From an uncultured Spirochaetota bacterium (GTDB lineage Bacteria > Spirochaetota > Spirochaetia > SZUA-6 > Fen-1364): a DNA stretch of 64,000 nucleotides. Positions 48,721 to 59,381 of the stretch are shown here, piece after piece. A program made the translations under genes and the position numbers. The notes beneath the pieces are model-generated. The model ran no database searches, was not told the origin of the DNA, and saw only the letters and a program-made list of their open reading frames with translations. Where the stretch lies: the NCBI GenBank assembly GCA_963820525.1, contig CAWGAA010000001.1:2496001-2560000 (forward strand). Direction: 5' to 3'. Positions within the stretch are counted from its first letter, which is position 1, and each line of letters opens with the position of its first letter.

Positions 48721-50013
48721 CTAGCGGCCGCCGCTTCCCTCTCCCTCGCCCTCAGCATCCTTGACATAGTCGGGATAGAGCTTCTTCATGCACTCGTCGC
48801 ACAGGCCGTGGCTGAACTGGGCTTCCGAATGCTCCTCCACGTACTGCTCGATGTTGCTCCAGTAGCCCTTGTCGTCCCTGATCTTGCGGCAGTTGACGCA
48901 GACGGGAAGGAGGCCGCGGAGCACCTTGATGTCCGCCATGGCGGCCAGGAGCTCCTTGATCAGCCACTCCTTCTCGTTCTCCGCCTGTTTCCTTTCGGTG
49001 ATGTTTCGAAGGATGACCATCCGCCCCCCCAGCTTGCCCCGCCTGCCCCGAAGCGCGGAGATGCGAAGGTCGTACCAGGTGGGGTCCGCTGCCGGAAGGG
49101 GCGTCTCCACCTGAAAATCCTCCTTGCCTTCCGCCAGGGCCAGAGACGGACGGAGGATGGGCAGCGCCTCGAGGGCCGACAGGCCGATCGCTTGTGGTCC
49201 GATCCCGAGAATTGCCTGAGCGGCAAGGTTCACGTCCACGATGCGTCCCTTCTCGTCCATGACGAGAAGGCCGTCGTTCATCCGCTCCAGCAGGGCGGCG
49301 TGAGCTACGGGCATGATATCGAAAAGCTTGAAGCGGGAAATGCCGAAGATGAGCAGCGCGCCGGTGAGCGCGAAGCCGATGACGGGAAAATTGAGACCGG
49401 GAAAAGGGTTTGCGGCCGAGAGGTAGATCGCCTCTCCGATCCAGGGCAGCGCGACGCCCGTCAGGAGAACGACCGTTTGAAGCGCGTAGAGTCTCTGGGA
49501 CCTGAAGGCAAAGCGCGCGAGCACCACCGTCCCGGTCAGGACCACCGACACGTAGTACACCACGGAGATCCAATACCAGAGCCCGTGGCCGTAGATCAGG
49601 ACCGTCTCTCCGGCGACGGTGATTTGCCCAAAGCTCGACCACACCAGCCCGTGAAGCTCATTGGTGGCGGCCAGCGCGATCGTGATGACGGGAATCACCC
49701 AGAGAAGCATCATGCGCACCGGCGTGATCCGCCCTCTCCATCCACTGTACCTGAGGGCAAAGACAAGAAAAAAGGGCGCCACGCTTGCGTTTCCGAGATA
49801 GCTGAGCTTGGCGAACATGATCTTGCCCTGGAATCCATCAGCTGCCGCCGCGAAACTCGCCATCAGGGACCAGATGACCACGGCGCTCATCATGAGCGCG
49901 AAGGAGGTTCCCCCCGGAGAGCTTCGCTTACGAAATGCGACCATGGTAGTGGTTAGGGAAATCAGAGATGCGATCCATAAGACGACGGCATACGGAGTGG
50001 GACTGAGGCTCAT
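48721..50013 (-). CDS. HisKA-7TM + PAS protein with C-terminal Cys-rich domain (no kinase domain)
   Basis: 7TM (LAATNELHGLVW); PAS; LRGLLPVCVNCRKIRDDKGYW..FSHGLCDEC. Confidence 0.85.
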   Translation of the reverse strand: MSLSPTPYAVVLWIASLISLTTTMVAFRKRSSPGGTSFALMMSAVVIWSLMASFAAAADGFQGKIMFAKLSYLGNASVAPFFLVFALRYSGWRGRITPVRMMLLWVIPVITIALAATNELHGLVWSSFGQITVAGETVLIYGHGLWYWISVVYYVSVVLTGTVVLARFAFRSQRLYALQTVVLLTGVALPWIGEAIYLSAANPFPGLNFPVIGFALTGALLIFGISRFKLFDIMPVAHAALLERMNDGLLVMDEKGRIVDVNLAAQAILGIGPQAIGLSALEALPILRPSLALAEGKEDFQVETPLPAADPTWYDLRISALRGRRGKLGGRMVILRNITERKQAENEKEWLIKELLAAMADIKVLRGLLPVCVNCRKIRDDKGYWSNIEQYVEEHSEAQFSHGLCDECMKKLYPDYVKDAEGEGEGSGGR

Positions 50014-50072
50014 ACCCCTCCCAGTATAGACCCGCTCTGGAGGAAAGCCAATGGAGAGGCTATGATGAGCGC

Positions 50073-51002
50073 ATGAGCGTTGCCGCGATGGTCTTCACCG
50101 TCCTCGGCCTTTCCCTCTTCGAAACCGTTTCGAGCATTGACAACGCGATCATCAACGCTGAAATCCTCTCCGGCATGCGGGGCAGGGCCCGAAGATGGTT
50201 TCTCACCTGGGGGGTTGCATTCGCCGTCTTCGTACCACGGGGAGTCCTTCCCTGGCTGATAGTCTGGCTCACGGTTCCGGGGCTGGGACCCGTGAAGGCC
50301 CTGACCGCGACCTTTCAAGCTGACCCGATCGTCATTGAAGCAATCGAGCGATCCGCGCCCCCCCTGCTCATGGGCGGGGGAGTGTTCCTCGTGCTGCTCT
50401 TCCTTCATTGGCTCTTTCTCGAGCCGAAGAGCTTCGGGCTGGCTGCGGAGCGGTTTTTCCTCCGCCGCGGCGTCTGGTTCTACGCCGTCGCCTCACTCTT
50501 CCTCGCCGCCACCGTCTGGTTCACGCTTCGCCTGAGCGGGACCGTCGCCTTCGCGGCCGTGATCGGCTCCACCGTATTCTTCATCACCCACGGCTTCAAG
50601 GAGAACGCGGCGGAACAGGAACGGCGCCTTCTCTCCTCGGGCGTTTCAGACCTGAGCAAGATATTCTACCTGGAGATCCTGGATCTCACCTTTTCCGTGG
50701 ACGGGGTCCTGGGGGCGTTTGCCTTCACGCTCTCGGTGCCGCTGATCCTCGTGGGAAACGGGCTGGGCGCCGTCCTGGTCCGACAGATTACGATCGGGAA
50801 CATCGAGCGGATCAAGAGCTACCGCTACCTCAAGAACGGCGCGATGTACTCGATCCTTTTCCTCGGGGTGGTCATGATAGGCGACGGCTTCGGCCTGCGC
50901 CTTCCCTCCTGGCTCTCGCCCGCCATCACCTTCGCCGTGATATCGTTCTTCTTCGCCAAATCCGCGCTCGAGCTCAAGAGAGACGGCATTCGGGAAGAGT
51001 AG
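50073..51002 (+). CDS. DUF475/TerC-like membrane protein
   Basis: FETVSSIDNAIINA, FYLEILDLTFSVDGVLGAFA, YLKNGAMYSI. Confidence 0.88.
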   Translation: MSVAAMVFTVLGLSLFETVSSIDNAIINAEILSGMRGRARRWFLTWGVAFAVFVPRGVLPWLIVWLTVPGLGPVKALTATFQADPIVIEAIERSAPPLLMGGGVFLVLLFLHWLFLEPKSFGLAAERFFLRRGVWFYAVASLFLAATVWFTLRLSGTVAFAAVIGSTVFFITHGFKENAAEQERRLLSSGVSDLSKIFYLEILDLTFSVDGVLGAFAFTLSVPLILVGNGLGAVLVRQITIGNIERIKSYRYLKNGAMYSILFLGVVMIGDGFGLRLPSWLSPAITFAVISFFFAKSALELKRDGIREE

Positions 51003-51008
51003 AAGGCC

Positions 51009-51581
51009 TCAGCGAGACGGCTTCTCCAGAAGATCCTTCAGCCTCCCCAGGGCGCTTGCCCAGAACTCCCGCAGGCGCTCGCTCTCCTGGGCGTTGGCAA
51101 GGCGCGAGTGCTCCACCGTGACCGAGCTCTTGTCCGAGCTCTTCGAGGTGAAGCGGACCTCCACGTTGGTGGAGCCGTTGTTCCAGGCGATGTACAGTGA
51201 CTTTCCGGGAGTCGATGAGCGAATGACGAGCCCCGAGGCATCCAGCCAGGAGCGGCGCAGCGTACCGTCCTGCCAGGCATCGAATGCATGCTCCAGCGGA
51301 GCGCCGATCGTCCGGGAAACCTGGGCCCGGAACCCGGATGTCGTCTGATGCTTTTCGCGCAGCCCCCTCTCCCGTTCGTATTCTACGCTGACCATCTGCT
51401 GCCACCAGGGGGAAAGCCGGTAGCGGGACTTCAGAACGGAAACGATCTGTTTGTGATCCAGATCCTTGGCTCCCGCCGAGTCGAGTATCCGAAACCATTG
51501 TGCCCAGCTCTTGCCTGTCCTGAGAGCGACCGATTTCTCTGAAATAGCCGCGGCGCTCTTCGCGGTTTTTCGTGCGGGCAT
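51009..51581 (-). CDS. Hypothetical protein (DUF4287-like N-terminus + SRPBCC-like domain)
   Basis: TGKSWAQWFRILD..HKQIV..WWQQMV; VTVEHSRL..FWASAL; GGAGG SD. Confidence 0.7.
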   Translation of the reverse strand: MPARKTAKSAAAISEKSVALRTGKSWAQWFRILDSAGAKDLDHKQIVSVLKSRYRLSPWWQQMVSVEYERERGLREKHQTTSGFRAQVSRTIGAPLEHAFDAWQDGTLRRSWLDASGLVIRSSTPGKSLYIAWNNGSTNVEVRFTSKSSDKSSVTVEHSRLANAQESERLREFWASALGRLKDLLEKPSR

Positions 51582-51755
51582 GGGGAGACCTCCAGTCAAT
51601 GAACTCTCTCGGGATAAATATACGCGTGCCGCGGCGCACCGGCTTACCGATTCGATTGACTCTTGAAATCGGGGAAAGTACCTTTTCCACCATCGCGACA
51701 CCCTCCCCGCGGCGTGGCGAAAACGCGCGGTGAGGAAGAATAAGGAGTCTCTTCG

Positions 51756-53828
51756 ATGTACACCCTCACGCCGCGCGAGCGGGTCTTCACGCTCACGGGC
51801 ATCCTTGTCGGCCTCTTCCTCGGCGCCCTCGATCAAACCATCGTGGGCACGGCAATGCCGAGAATCCTGCAGGACTTGAACGGCCTGAATCTCTACAGCT
51901 GGGTTGTCACCGCGTATCTTCTGTTTTCCACTTCCATGATTCCCATCTACGGGAAGCTCTCCGACCTGTACGGCAGGAAGCTCATCATCCTCATCGGGAT
52001 CCTCATATTCCTGACAGGCTCCGCGCTCTCCGGCCAGTCCCGCTCCATGGTGGAGCTGATCGCGTTTCGGGCCGTGCAGGGCCTGGGAAGCGCCGCCATC
52101 TTCTCCACCGCGTTCACGGTCATCGGGGACATCTTCACGCCGGCGGAGCGCGGAAAATACCAGGGCCTGTTCGGAGCGGTTTTCGGGATCTCAAGCGTTA
52201 TCGGCCCCTGGCTGGGAGGCCTCCTCACCGACAACCTTTCCTGGAGGTGGGTGTTCTACGTCAACCTTCCCATCGGCCTGATCGCGGCCGTCTTCATTAT
52301 GCTGCAGATGCCAGCCCTCAGGAGCGAGGTGAAGAGAGTCGTCAGGATCGACTGGTGGGGCTCCATCACCCTGATCCTGGGAATCGTGCCCCTGCTCCTC
52401 GCCCTCACCCTCGGAGGCAACAACTATCCCTGGGACTCGGCGCAGATCCTCGGGCTGTTCGCTCTCGGCGCGGCGGGAAACGCCCTGTTCATCTGGATCG
52501 AAACCCGCGCGGCCGAGCCCATTGTCCCCTTTGACCTGTTCTCAAACCGCACCTACGTGATCGGCAACATCGCGGCGCTCCTGGTGGCCGGAGTCGCTTT
52601 CTTCGGCGCCGTGGTTTTCCTTCCCATCTTCATGGTTCTCGTGGTGGGAGTGTCGGCGAGCCAGGCCGGCCTCACGGTAACCCCGCTCACCCTCGGCGTC
52701 GTTGTCGGCAGCTTCCTGGCCGGCCAGATCGTGAGCAGGCTCAAGCGATACAAGGTGGTTGTCCTCATTGGCGTGGGGCTGGTCTTCGTCGGCTACCTGC
52801 TCATGCAGGGCATCTCTTCCGCAACCACGCAGGCCCAGATGACCTGGCGGATGATCATCCTCGGGCTTGGAATCGGCCCCTCGCTTCCCGTTTTCACCCT
52901 TGCCATCCAGAACGCGGTGCACTCGCATGAGCTGGGCGCGGCGACGAGCTCCAGCCAGTTCTTCCGCCAGATCGGATCCACCATGGGAGTGGCCGTCTTC
53001 GGCACGATCCTCACGACGGTCCTGACAGCGCAGCTTCCCAAATACCTGCCGGCGGAAATGCGCCAGATGAGCGCGGTGGCGGGCCAATTCAATGCGGCCC
53101 AGCTCCAGTCAGGGAACATTATTGGAGTGGGAGATCAGATCAAGGCGGGAATGCAGGGGACGTACCAGACGATCCAGCGCGCTCTTGCCGACAACGATCC
53201 CGCCGCCGTGAAGAGCCTCCTCGACAACCCCCAGGTGCCCGCCGGCCTCAAAGACTCGCTTCGGCGGGGCGGTATCCCCGCCGAGGTGAGGGCAGGCCTC
53301 GATGCCCGGTATGCCGCCGTGGCGGCGTCTTTTCAGAGCGGCAGGCCGGACGCTGTTGCCGCCCTCATCTCGGACCCTCGGCTTCCCGCGGGATTCAAGG
53401 ATCAGCTTCGAAGGATTGCGCCGGCCGCCCTCTCTGACCCGCGAACCGGCCGGGCTGACCTCCAGGAAATCAGGGCCGCCCTCTACGCGCAGGAGCCGCT
53501 CATCGTCCGGCAGGCGACGCAGGATGCCCTCAAGCAGGTGAAGACCGCAATGGATACCCAGGCGGAAACCCTTACGGCAGAGATAACCTCAGCACTGAAA
53601 CACGCCTTCACCGATGCGATCAAGACCGTCTACTTCTGGGGTCTCTTCGTGGTCGCCCTGGGTTTCCTGGTAACGCTTTTCCTGCCCGAGCTGGCTCTTC
53701 GCGCTGCACCGAGCGCCCGGATCGCTGCGAGGGAGGCGGTCCCCGCGAATGATCCCCGGGACGGGCATGGGGCTGGGGAGAAGCCGCTCGAAGTTGCCCA
53801 GCCCGCGCCTGCGGACAAGGTACATTAA
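51756..53828 (+). CDS. DHA2 (EmrB/QacA) MFS efflux permease with large extracytoplasmic insert
   Basis: ALDQTIVGTAMP, YGKLSDLYGRK, FRAVQGLG, WRWVFYVNLPIG; TAAGGAG SD. Confidence 0.93.
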   Translation: MYTLTPRERVFTLTGILVGLFLGALDQTIVGTAMPRILQDLNGLNLYSWVVTAYLLFSTSMIPIYGKLSDLYGRKLIILIGILIFLTGSALSGQSRSMVELIAFRAVQGLGSAAIFSTAFTVIGDIFTPAERGKYQGLFGAVFGISSVIGPWLGGLLTDNLSWRWVFYVNLPIGLIAAVFIMLQMPALRSEVKRVVRIDWWGSITLILGIVPLLLALTLGGNNYPWDSAQILGLFALGAAGNALFIWIETRAAEPIVPFDLFSNRTYVIGNIAALLVAGVAFFGAVVFLPIFMVLVVGVSASQAGLTVTPLTLGVVVGSFLAGQIVSRLKRYKVVVLIGVGLVFVGYLLMQGISSATTQAQMTWRMIILGLGIGPSLPVFTLAIQNAVHSHELGAATSSSQFFRQIGSTMGVAVFGTILTTVLTAQLPKYLPAEMRQMSAVAGQFNAAQLQSGNIIGVGDQIKAGMQGTYQTIQRALADNDPAAVKSLLDNPQVPAGLKDSLRRGGIPAEVRAGLDARYAAVAASFQSGRPDAVAALISDPRLPAGFKDQLRRIAPAALSDPRTGRADLQEIRAALYAQEPLIVRQATQDALKQVKTAMDTQAETLTAEITSALKHAFTDAIKTVYFWGLFVVALGFLVTLFLPELALRAAPSARIAAREAVPANDPRDGHGAGEKPLEVAQPAPADKVH

Positions 53829-53857
53829 GCCGGGGGACGGACTATTCCCCCCGGCTT
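53827..53857 (+). terminator. GC-rich hairpin after the MFS stop
   Basis: AAGCCGGGGG...CCCCCGGCTT 10-bp stem; weak U-tract. Confidence 0.4.
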
Positions 53858-53904
53858 GTGGGCCGATGGACGGGGTGCTACACTCATGCGCGCGGAACAT
53901 CGTC

Positions 53905-54180
53905 ATGAGCGAAATGAGCTTCTATTCCACCGTTTTCGAGCTTGTCGAGTTCCTCATCAAAACCACGCTCACCACGACGAGCAAGAAGCTCATCATCACC
54001 TACATTGACGATGCGCCCGATGAAAGCCTCGCTGAACGGGCGCGCTCCGCGATCCGCCGCTACATGCAGAAGGAGCTGCCCAGCCTCGACGAGGTCCGCG
54101 AGAAATCAAAGAGCGAGGAGCTCTCCCGGATGGACCACCTCGTCTTGAAGATGGAATACGAGGCGACGCGGGTGAAATGA
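53905..54180 (+). CDS. Small hypothetical protein (91 aa)
   Basis: GC3-biased codons; ATGA overlap with the next gene. Confidence 0.7.
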   Translation: MSEMSFYSTVFELVEFLIKTTLTTTSKKLIITYIDDAPDESLAERARSAIRRYMQKELPSLDEVREKSKSEELSRMDHLVLKMEYEATRVK

Positions 54181-54992
54181 GGCGCGGGGAAGGCGTGGCA
54201 ACAAAACGCGGGACACTCGGGGCGCTCGTTCTGTTCATCCTCGTCGCGGCGGTCGGGCGCGGGAACGCCGACGGCTACGCCATCGATCCCCTGTGGGACG
54301 GTCTTGCTTTGGGAGGAGGCCTCGCGTTCGCCGCGGCAAGCGAGTACCTCGTTCAAACCGCCCCGGCCCCATCCCTCGCCCCCGCGGACATCTCCCAGGT
54401 GAACGGCTTCGATCGACCGGCCCTCTTTCCCTTTTCAACCGGCCTGGACCAGGCCAGCACGATACTGCAGTACGCAACGGCGGCCGTTCCGGCTCTGTTC
54501 GTCTTCGTTCTTCCCTGGGATCAAATCGTAAGCGTCGGTGTCATCTACGGGGAGGCTCTCTCCTGGGCATACTTCGCCAAGAACATGCTGAAGTTCTTCC
54601 TGCCCCGCTATCGCCCCTTCCTCTACTCCGATGGCGGCACGGCGCCGGGGGTTGCCTCCAATGAATACTACGACTCGTTCCCCTCGGGGCATGCCACCAT
54701 TGCCTTCACCGCCGCGACGTTCAGCGTCGCGGTCTTCGCAGCCTTCTACCCTGACTCTCCCTACTTTCTCCCCTTCGCCCTCATGAACTACGGCCTTGCC
54801 GCTCTTACGGCCTCGTTTCGGGTGCTCTCCGGCATGCACTTCATGAGCGACGTCGCATCAGGGGCTCTCCTCGGCGTGGCCTGCGGATATTTCGTGCCCT
54901 TCTTCCACCGCGTGAAATCCGACACAGAAGCCGCGGGGGCTGTTTCCCTGGTTCCCGGCGCCCAGGGCCTTGCGCTGCGGATCAGGATGTAG
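54177..54992 (+). CDS. PAP2 family phosphatase
   Basis: KFFLPRYRP, SFPSGH, RVLSGMHFMSDV. Confidence 0.9.
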   Translation: MRRGEGVATKRGTLGALVLFILVAAVGRGNADGYAIDPLWDGLALGGGLAFAAASEYLVQTAPAPSLAPADISQVNGFDRPALFPFSTGLDQASTILQYATAAVPALFVFVLPWDQIVSVGVIYGEALSWAYFAKNMLKFFLPRYRPFLYSDGGTAPGVASNEYYDSFPSGHATIAFTAATFSVAVFAAFYPDSPYFLPFALMNYGLAALTASFRVLSGMHFMSDVASGALLGVACGYFVPFFHRVKSDTEAAGAVSLVPGAQGLALRIRM

Positions 54993-55012
54993 GGCGTGAG
55001 GCATCGTTTCCC

Positions 55013-55519
55013 GTGCCGCGCGACGATTTTCCGATAACCCCCTGCGTACGCGTCCTCCGAAGCGCCGGGATCGCTTTCACGCCCTTCACATACCGCTACC
55101 AGGAGCACGGCGGGACCGGCCTCGCCGCCCGCGAGCTGGGCGTGGAAGAGCACGCGGTGGTGAAAACGCTCGTGCTCCAGACCGACGCCGGGCGGCCCCT
55201 TCTCCTGCTCATGCACGGAGACCATGAGGCGTCCCTGAAGGCCTTCGCGCGAGCCATCGGCGTGAAGCAGGTGGAGATGTGCGACGAAAAGGCGGCGCAG
55301 AGGCACACGGGATATCTTTTCGGAGGGACGAGCCCTTTCGGCACACGCCTGCCGCTTCCCGTTTTCGCCCAGAGATCGATCTTCGATCTGCCGAAGATCC
55401 TCATCAACGGAGGCAAGCGGGGATTCCTCATTGAAATGGATCCGAAGGAGATGAGGAAAGCGCTTTCCGTGATCGAGGTGGATGCCGCGCAGCCCGCGGG
55501 CAGGACCGCGGCGGAGTGA
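55013..55519 (+). CDS. ybaK: YbaK/EbsC aminoacyl-tRNA deacylase
   Basis: VVKTLV, TGYLFGGTSPFG, INGGKRGFL. Confidence 0.9.
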   Translation: MPRDDFPITPCVRVLRSAGIAFTPFTYRYQEHGGTGLAARELGVEEHAVVKTLVLQTDAGRPLLLLMHGDHEASLKAFARAIGVKQVEMCDEKAAQRHTGYLFGGTSPFGTRLPLPVFAQRSIFDLPKILINGGKRGFLIEMDPKEMRKALSVIEVDAAQPAGRTAAE

Positions 55520-55522
55520 ATC

Positions 55523-58154
55523 TCAGCGGTCGTCGAGAATATCGCGGACCTTGGCGGCGAGCATCTTCGGCAGGAACGGCTTCTGGAGGAACGAAATCCC
55601 TTCGGAGACCACTCCGTGCTGGACGATCGCGTCTTCCGTGTACCCCGAGATGAACAGGACCTTCACGCCGGGATGGCTCTTCAGGATCGCCTCCGCCATC
55701 GCTCTTCCGTTCATTCCCGGAAGAACCACGTCGGTCACCACCAGATCGATGTGATCCGCCATCTCGGCATAGCGCACGGCTGAGCTTGGATTGGCCTCCG
55801 AATGCACGCAGTACCCCGACTGGCCGAGGACCATCTCGATCATCCTGCGCACCGACTCCTCGTCCTCCACCACAAGCACGGTCTCGCTCCCCGTGAGGTT
55901 GTCCGGCTGGGCGGGCTCGGATTCAAGCTCCGGGCGCGGGTCACCGGCGGCGGCGGGAAGGTAGATCGTGAAGGTGCTGCCCCGGCCCGGCTCGCTGGAT
56001 ACGCCGATATGGCCCCCGCTCTGCTTGACGATGCCGTAGGCGGTGGACAGTCCCAATCCCGTGCCTTTTCCGATACCCTTTGTCGTGAAGAAAGGATCGA
56101 AAATCCTGGTTCGGGTCTCCGCGTCCATCCCTATCCCCGTGTCACTCACGGAAAGGACAACATAGAGCCCGGGGGCGAAGCTCGGGGTACTGCTGGAAGG
56201 AGTCCGCCTTGAGGGTGACATTGCACGTCTCGAAAACAATCTTCCCCCCCTGCGGCATCGCATCGCGGGCGTTCACCGCGAGGTTCATGATGACCTGCTC
56301 GATCTGGTTCGGGTCAGCCTTGACCGCCAGGAGGTCCGGCGCCGGCCTTGTTGAAAGCTCGATGTCTTCCCCGATGAGCCGCTTGAGCATGTTCTGCATG
56401 CCTGAAACCAGGGAGTTCAGGTCAACCGTCTTGGGCTGCAGCATCTGCTTTCTGCTGTAGGCGAGGAGCTGCTGCGTGAGAGAGGCTGCCCGCGTGGCGG
56501 CCTTCCGTATCTCCAGCACGTATTCGCGCGAGGCGGACTGAAGGGGGCTTTCCTCCAGGAGAACGTCGGAGTACCCGAGCACTGCGGTGAGCAGGTTGTT
56601 GAAGTCGTGGGCGATCCCTCCCGCCAGTCGGCCCACCGCCTCCATTTTCTGCGCCTGGCTCAGCTTCTCCTCGAGCTGGTGCCGCTCCGTGACGTCCCGA
56701 GCGTCAATGACGATCCCAGCGATCGCGGGATGGCTCAGGAGATTCCTGCCGGTCGCCTCCAGCACGCGCCAGCCTCCCCCCTTGTGCGCGAGGCGAAACA
56801 CAAGGGGCCGGGGTGAAGATTCGCTTGAGGGAAGGCCATGGGCAACTTGTGCGGAAATCCACTCTCTGTCTCCGGGATGAAGGAGGCGGAAAGGATCGGT
56901 CCCGACGAGCTCCTCGGGGCTGTACCCCAGCACCCTCTCCACGGCGGGACTGACAAATACCACCCTGAAGCGCTCGTCGAGAACAGCGATGATGTCCGAA
57001 GAGCTTTCGATGAGCGAGCGAAAGTGCTCCTCCTTGCGCTTCAGCTCGTCATAGAGCTCCCTCACCTTCACCGCCATGAGGTTGAAGGCTTTGGCAAGCT
57101 CCCCGATCTCATCGCTGGTCAGGACCGGCGCCTGTGCGCTCAGCTCTCCTTGGGAGACGCGCAGGGCCGCCTGCTGCACGGCGAGAATGGGCGCGGCAAT
57201 CCGTCTGGCGAGCAGGTAGATGCTCGCCGCCGCGGCAAGGACCATCCCCAGGCCCAGAATGACGAGGATGATGGTCTGGGTTTGCGCCGGGGCGAATACC
57301 TCCTCCTGGTGGATCTCCACCAGGAGGGCGAGGTCTCTCTCTGAGACCCACCGGTACACCCCGATGACGGGCATCCCGGCATAATCGCGGTACATCCCGG
57401 AGCCGTTTTTCCCGGTCACCGCCGCGTCGATGCCCACGGAGTGCACTCCGCGGGGGTAGCTTTCGCTTCCGAACCTCTCGCTTGAAACGAAGACGTTATA
57501 GTGGTCGACGAGATATGCCTGACCCGTCTTACCAAGGCCCGTTCGGTCCCTGATGATGGTGTCCATCGTTTCCAGGTCGAGGTTCGCGGCAAGGACCGCC
57601 ACGGTCCGTCCGTCCCTTTCCCTGATCGGCGTTGAGATCGTCAACGTCGGCTGCAGCGTGATGGGAGAGGGGTACACGTTTTCGATGTACGTCCCCTTCT
57701 TCCCCTCGATAAAGAAGGCGTCCAGGACGCGGTACTGTCCCTCGAGCGAGCTCCTCGTTGAGAACAGGATACGCCCGCCCTCGGCGGACAGGATCGATAT
57801 CTCCATCAGCTGGGGCAAATTGGCGGCCTGGGCGATGAAGAAATCATGCAGCCCTATGTATGCCGCATCGTACCGGGACCGCAAGGCATCGACCGAGGAA
57901 AGCTCCTTTGCGGCCCCCACGACCTCGGAAAGCTGCGCGAGGATAACGGTGTCTCGTTCCCGTTCCGCGACCCAGCTGTTGAGCATATTCGCCTTGATCG
58001 TCGCCAATCCCGTCATCTGCTCCATCGCCCTCTTCTCGGTGCCCGTTATGAAGAAGAAGTAGCTGAAGGCGGTGAGAAGAAACACGATCAGGGAGGAGAG
58101 GAGGAAGAAGTACACCACGATGCGGGCGAGAAGGCTCTTGGAAGGAAGCGCCAT
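55523..58154 (-). pseudogene. Hybrid histidine kinase (Cache, HAMP, PAS, HisKA, HATPase, REC), frameshifted in a homopolymer at 56171-56175 (probably an error)
   Basis: AHDFNN and NLAVNARDAM in one frame; GLYVVLSVSDTGIG..GKGTGLGL..REC in the next; removing one C gives YPELRPGLYV. Confidence 0.9.
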
Positions 58155-58198
58155 GGCGATGACCTTTTTCCAGCGGCTCTCACGTTCGCCGCGTATCA

Positions 58199-59368
58199 TC
58201 AGGGGTCGATCCGTGCGAAAAAACAATTCTCGCCGTTCTGGACGCGGACTATCACGACGCTCTTTTTTGGGTCCGGAGAGCCGTTGAACCGCGAGACCCC
58301 CGTGACCCCCTCGAACTGCACCGTCTTGCGCAGGCCGTCCCCAAGGGCATGCGCTTCGATGCTCTTTTCGCTCTGGGCGGTCTCGAAGAGGAGCCGCAAA
58401 GAATCATAGGTCAAGGCGCCGGCCTGCGCAGGAGGCCTGTGGAAGAGAGCCTGGTAGGCGGAGGAGAACGCGCGGACACGATCCGAGGGGATCTCGGCGG
58501 AGAAATGGGTGGAGTAGTACGATCCCTCGTTTCTCGCGATGTCCCCGGCCTGGCGGAAGCTCATCGTGTCGGTCCCGATGATGGGGGTGGCGAGCTTCAT
58601 CTGGTGGATCTGATCCAGCTGGACGCGAAGGTCCCCCACGTAGTTGGGCAGGAAGAGCACGTCGGGGCGGCGCGCCCTGATCCGCTCGAGCTGGGGGCGG
58701 AAGTCCTCGACCCCGGTGACATAGGTCTCCGAGGCCACGATCTGCCCGCCAAGCTCCTTGAATTTGCGGCTGAAGATTCCCGCCACGGTTCGGTTGTACT
58801 CGCCGGCGAGATCGTAGAGGACCGCGGCCGTTGCCGCGCGCAGGTTATTGCGCGCGAAAACGGCCATCACCTCGCTCTGCAGCTCGTCGGTGAAGCACAT
58901 CCTGAAAACACAGCGGGTTCCCCTGGTCACCTCGGGGTTGGTCGCGATCTGCGTGATCATCGGCACCATGGCCTTGTCCGCGAGCTTTGCCACGGGTATC
59001 GCGGAGCGGCTTACCGGAGGCCCGATGATCGCGGCGACATTCTCCTGGTTGATGAGCTCCTGGGCCGCGGTCACCGCCTTCTCGGGGATCCCCTGATCGT
59101 CCCTGACGACGAGAACCACCTTGAACCGTTTGCCCGCCACGAGGAGCCCCCCCTCGTCGTTTACCCCTTGGATGGCGAGTGTTGCGCCCTCCAGGGACGA
59201 TGCGCCGTAGTCTTTCAGCTCTCCCGTGAAGGGAGCGATGAGCCCGATGCGGAACTCAAGGGCCCCGGCGAGAGTCCCTGCCAGGAGGAAGACAAGGACG
59301 CACAGCCAGAGCGTCCCCCTTCGTCGTCCCCGCTGCGCCCCGCGCGCCGAACCTTTCTCGGCTTTCAT
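58199..59368 (-). CDS. LivJ/LivK-like periplasmic solute-binding protein
   Basis: RIGLIAPFTG, DDQG, AIIGP, FRMCFTD, DFRPQL, FEGVTG. Confidence 0.9.
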   Translation of the reverse strand: MKAEKGSARGAQRGRRRGTLWLCVLVFLLAGTLAGALEFRIGLIAPFTGELKDYGASSLEGATLAIQGVNDEGGLLVAGKRFKVVLVVRDDQGIPEKAVTAAQELINQENVAAIIGPPVSRSAIPVAKLADKAMVPMITQIATNPEVTRGTRCVFRMCFTDELQSEVMAVFARNNLRAATAAVLYDLAGEYNRTVAGIFSRKFKELGGQIVASETYVTGVEDFRPQLERIRARRPDVLFLPNYVGDLRVQLDQIHQMKLATPIIGTDTMSFRQAGDIARNEGSYYSTHFSAEIPSDRVRAFSSAYQALFHRPPAQAGALTYDSLRLLFETAQSEKSIEAHALGDGLRKTVQFEGVTGVSRFNGSPDPKKSVVIVRVQNGENCFFARIDP

Positions 59369-59381
59369 CCCAGGATGTCCC

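Noticed and set aside
51640..51740. Small hairpins upstream of the DHA2 gene
   Set aside because: Short and imperfect; no recognisable riboswitch motif
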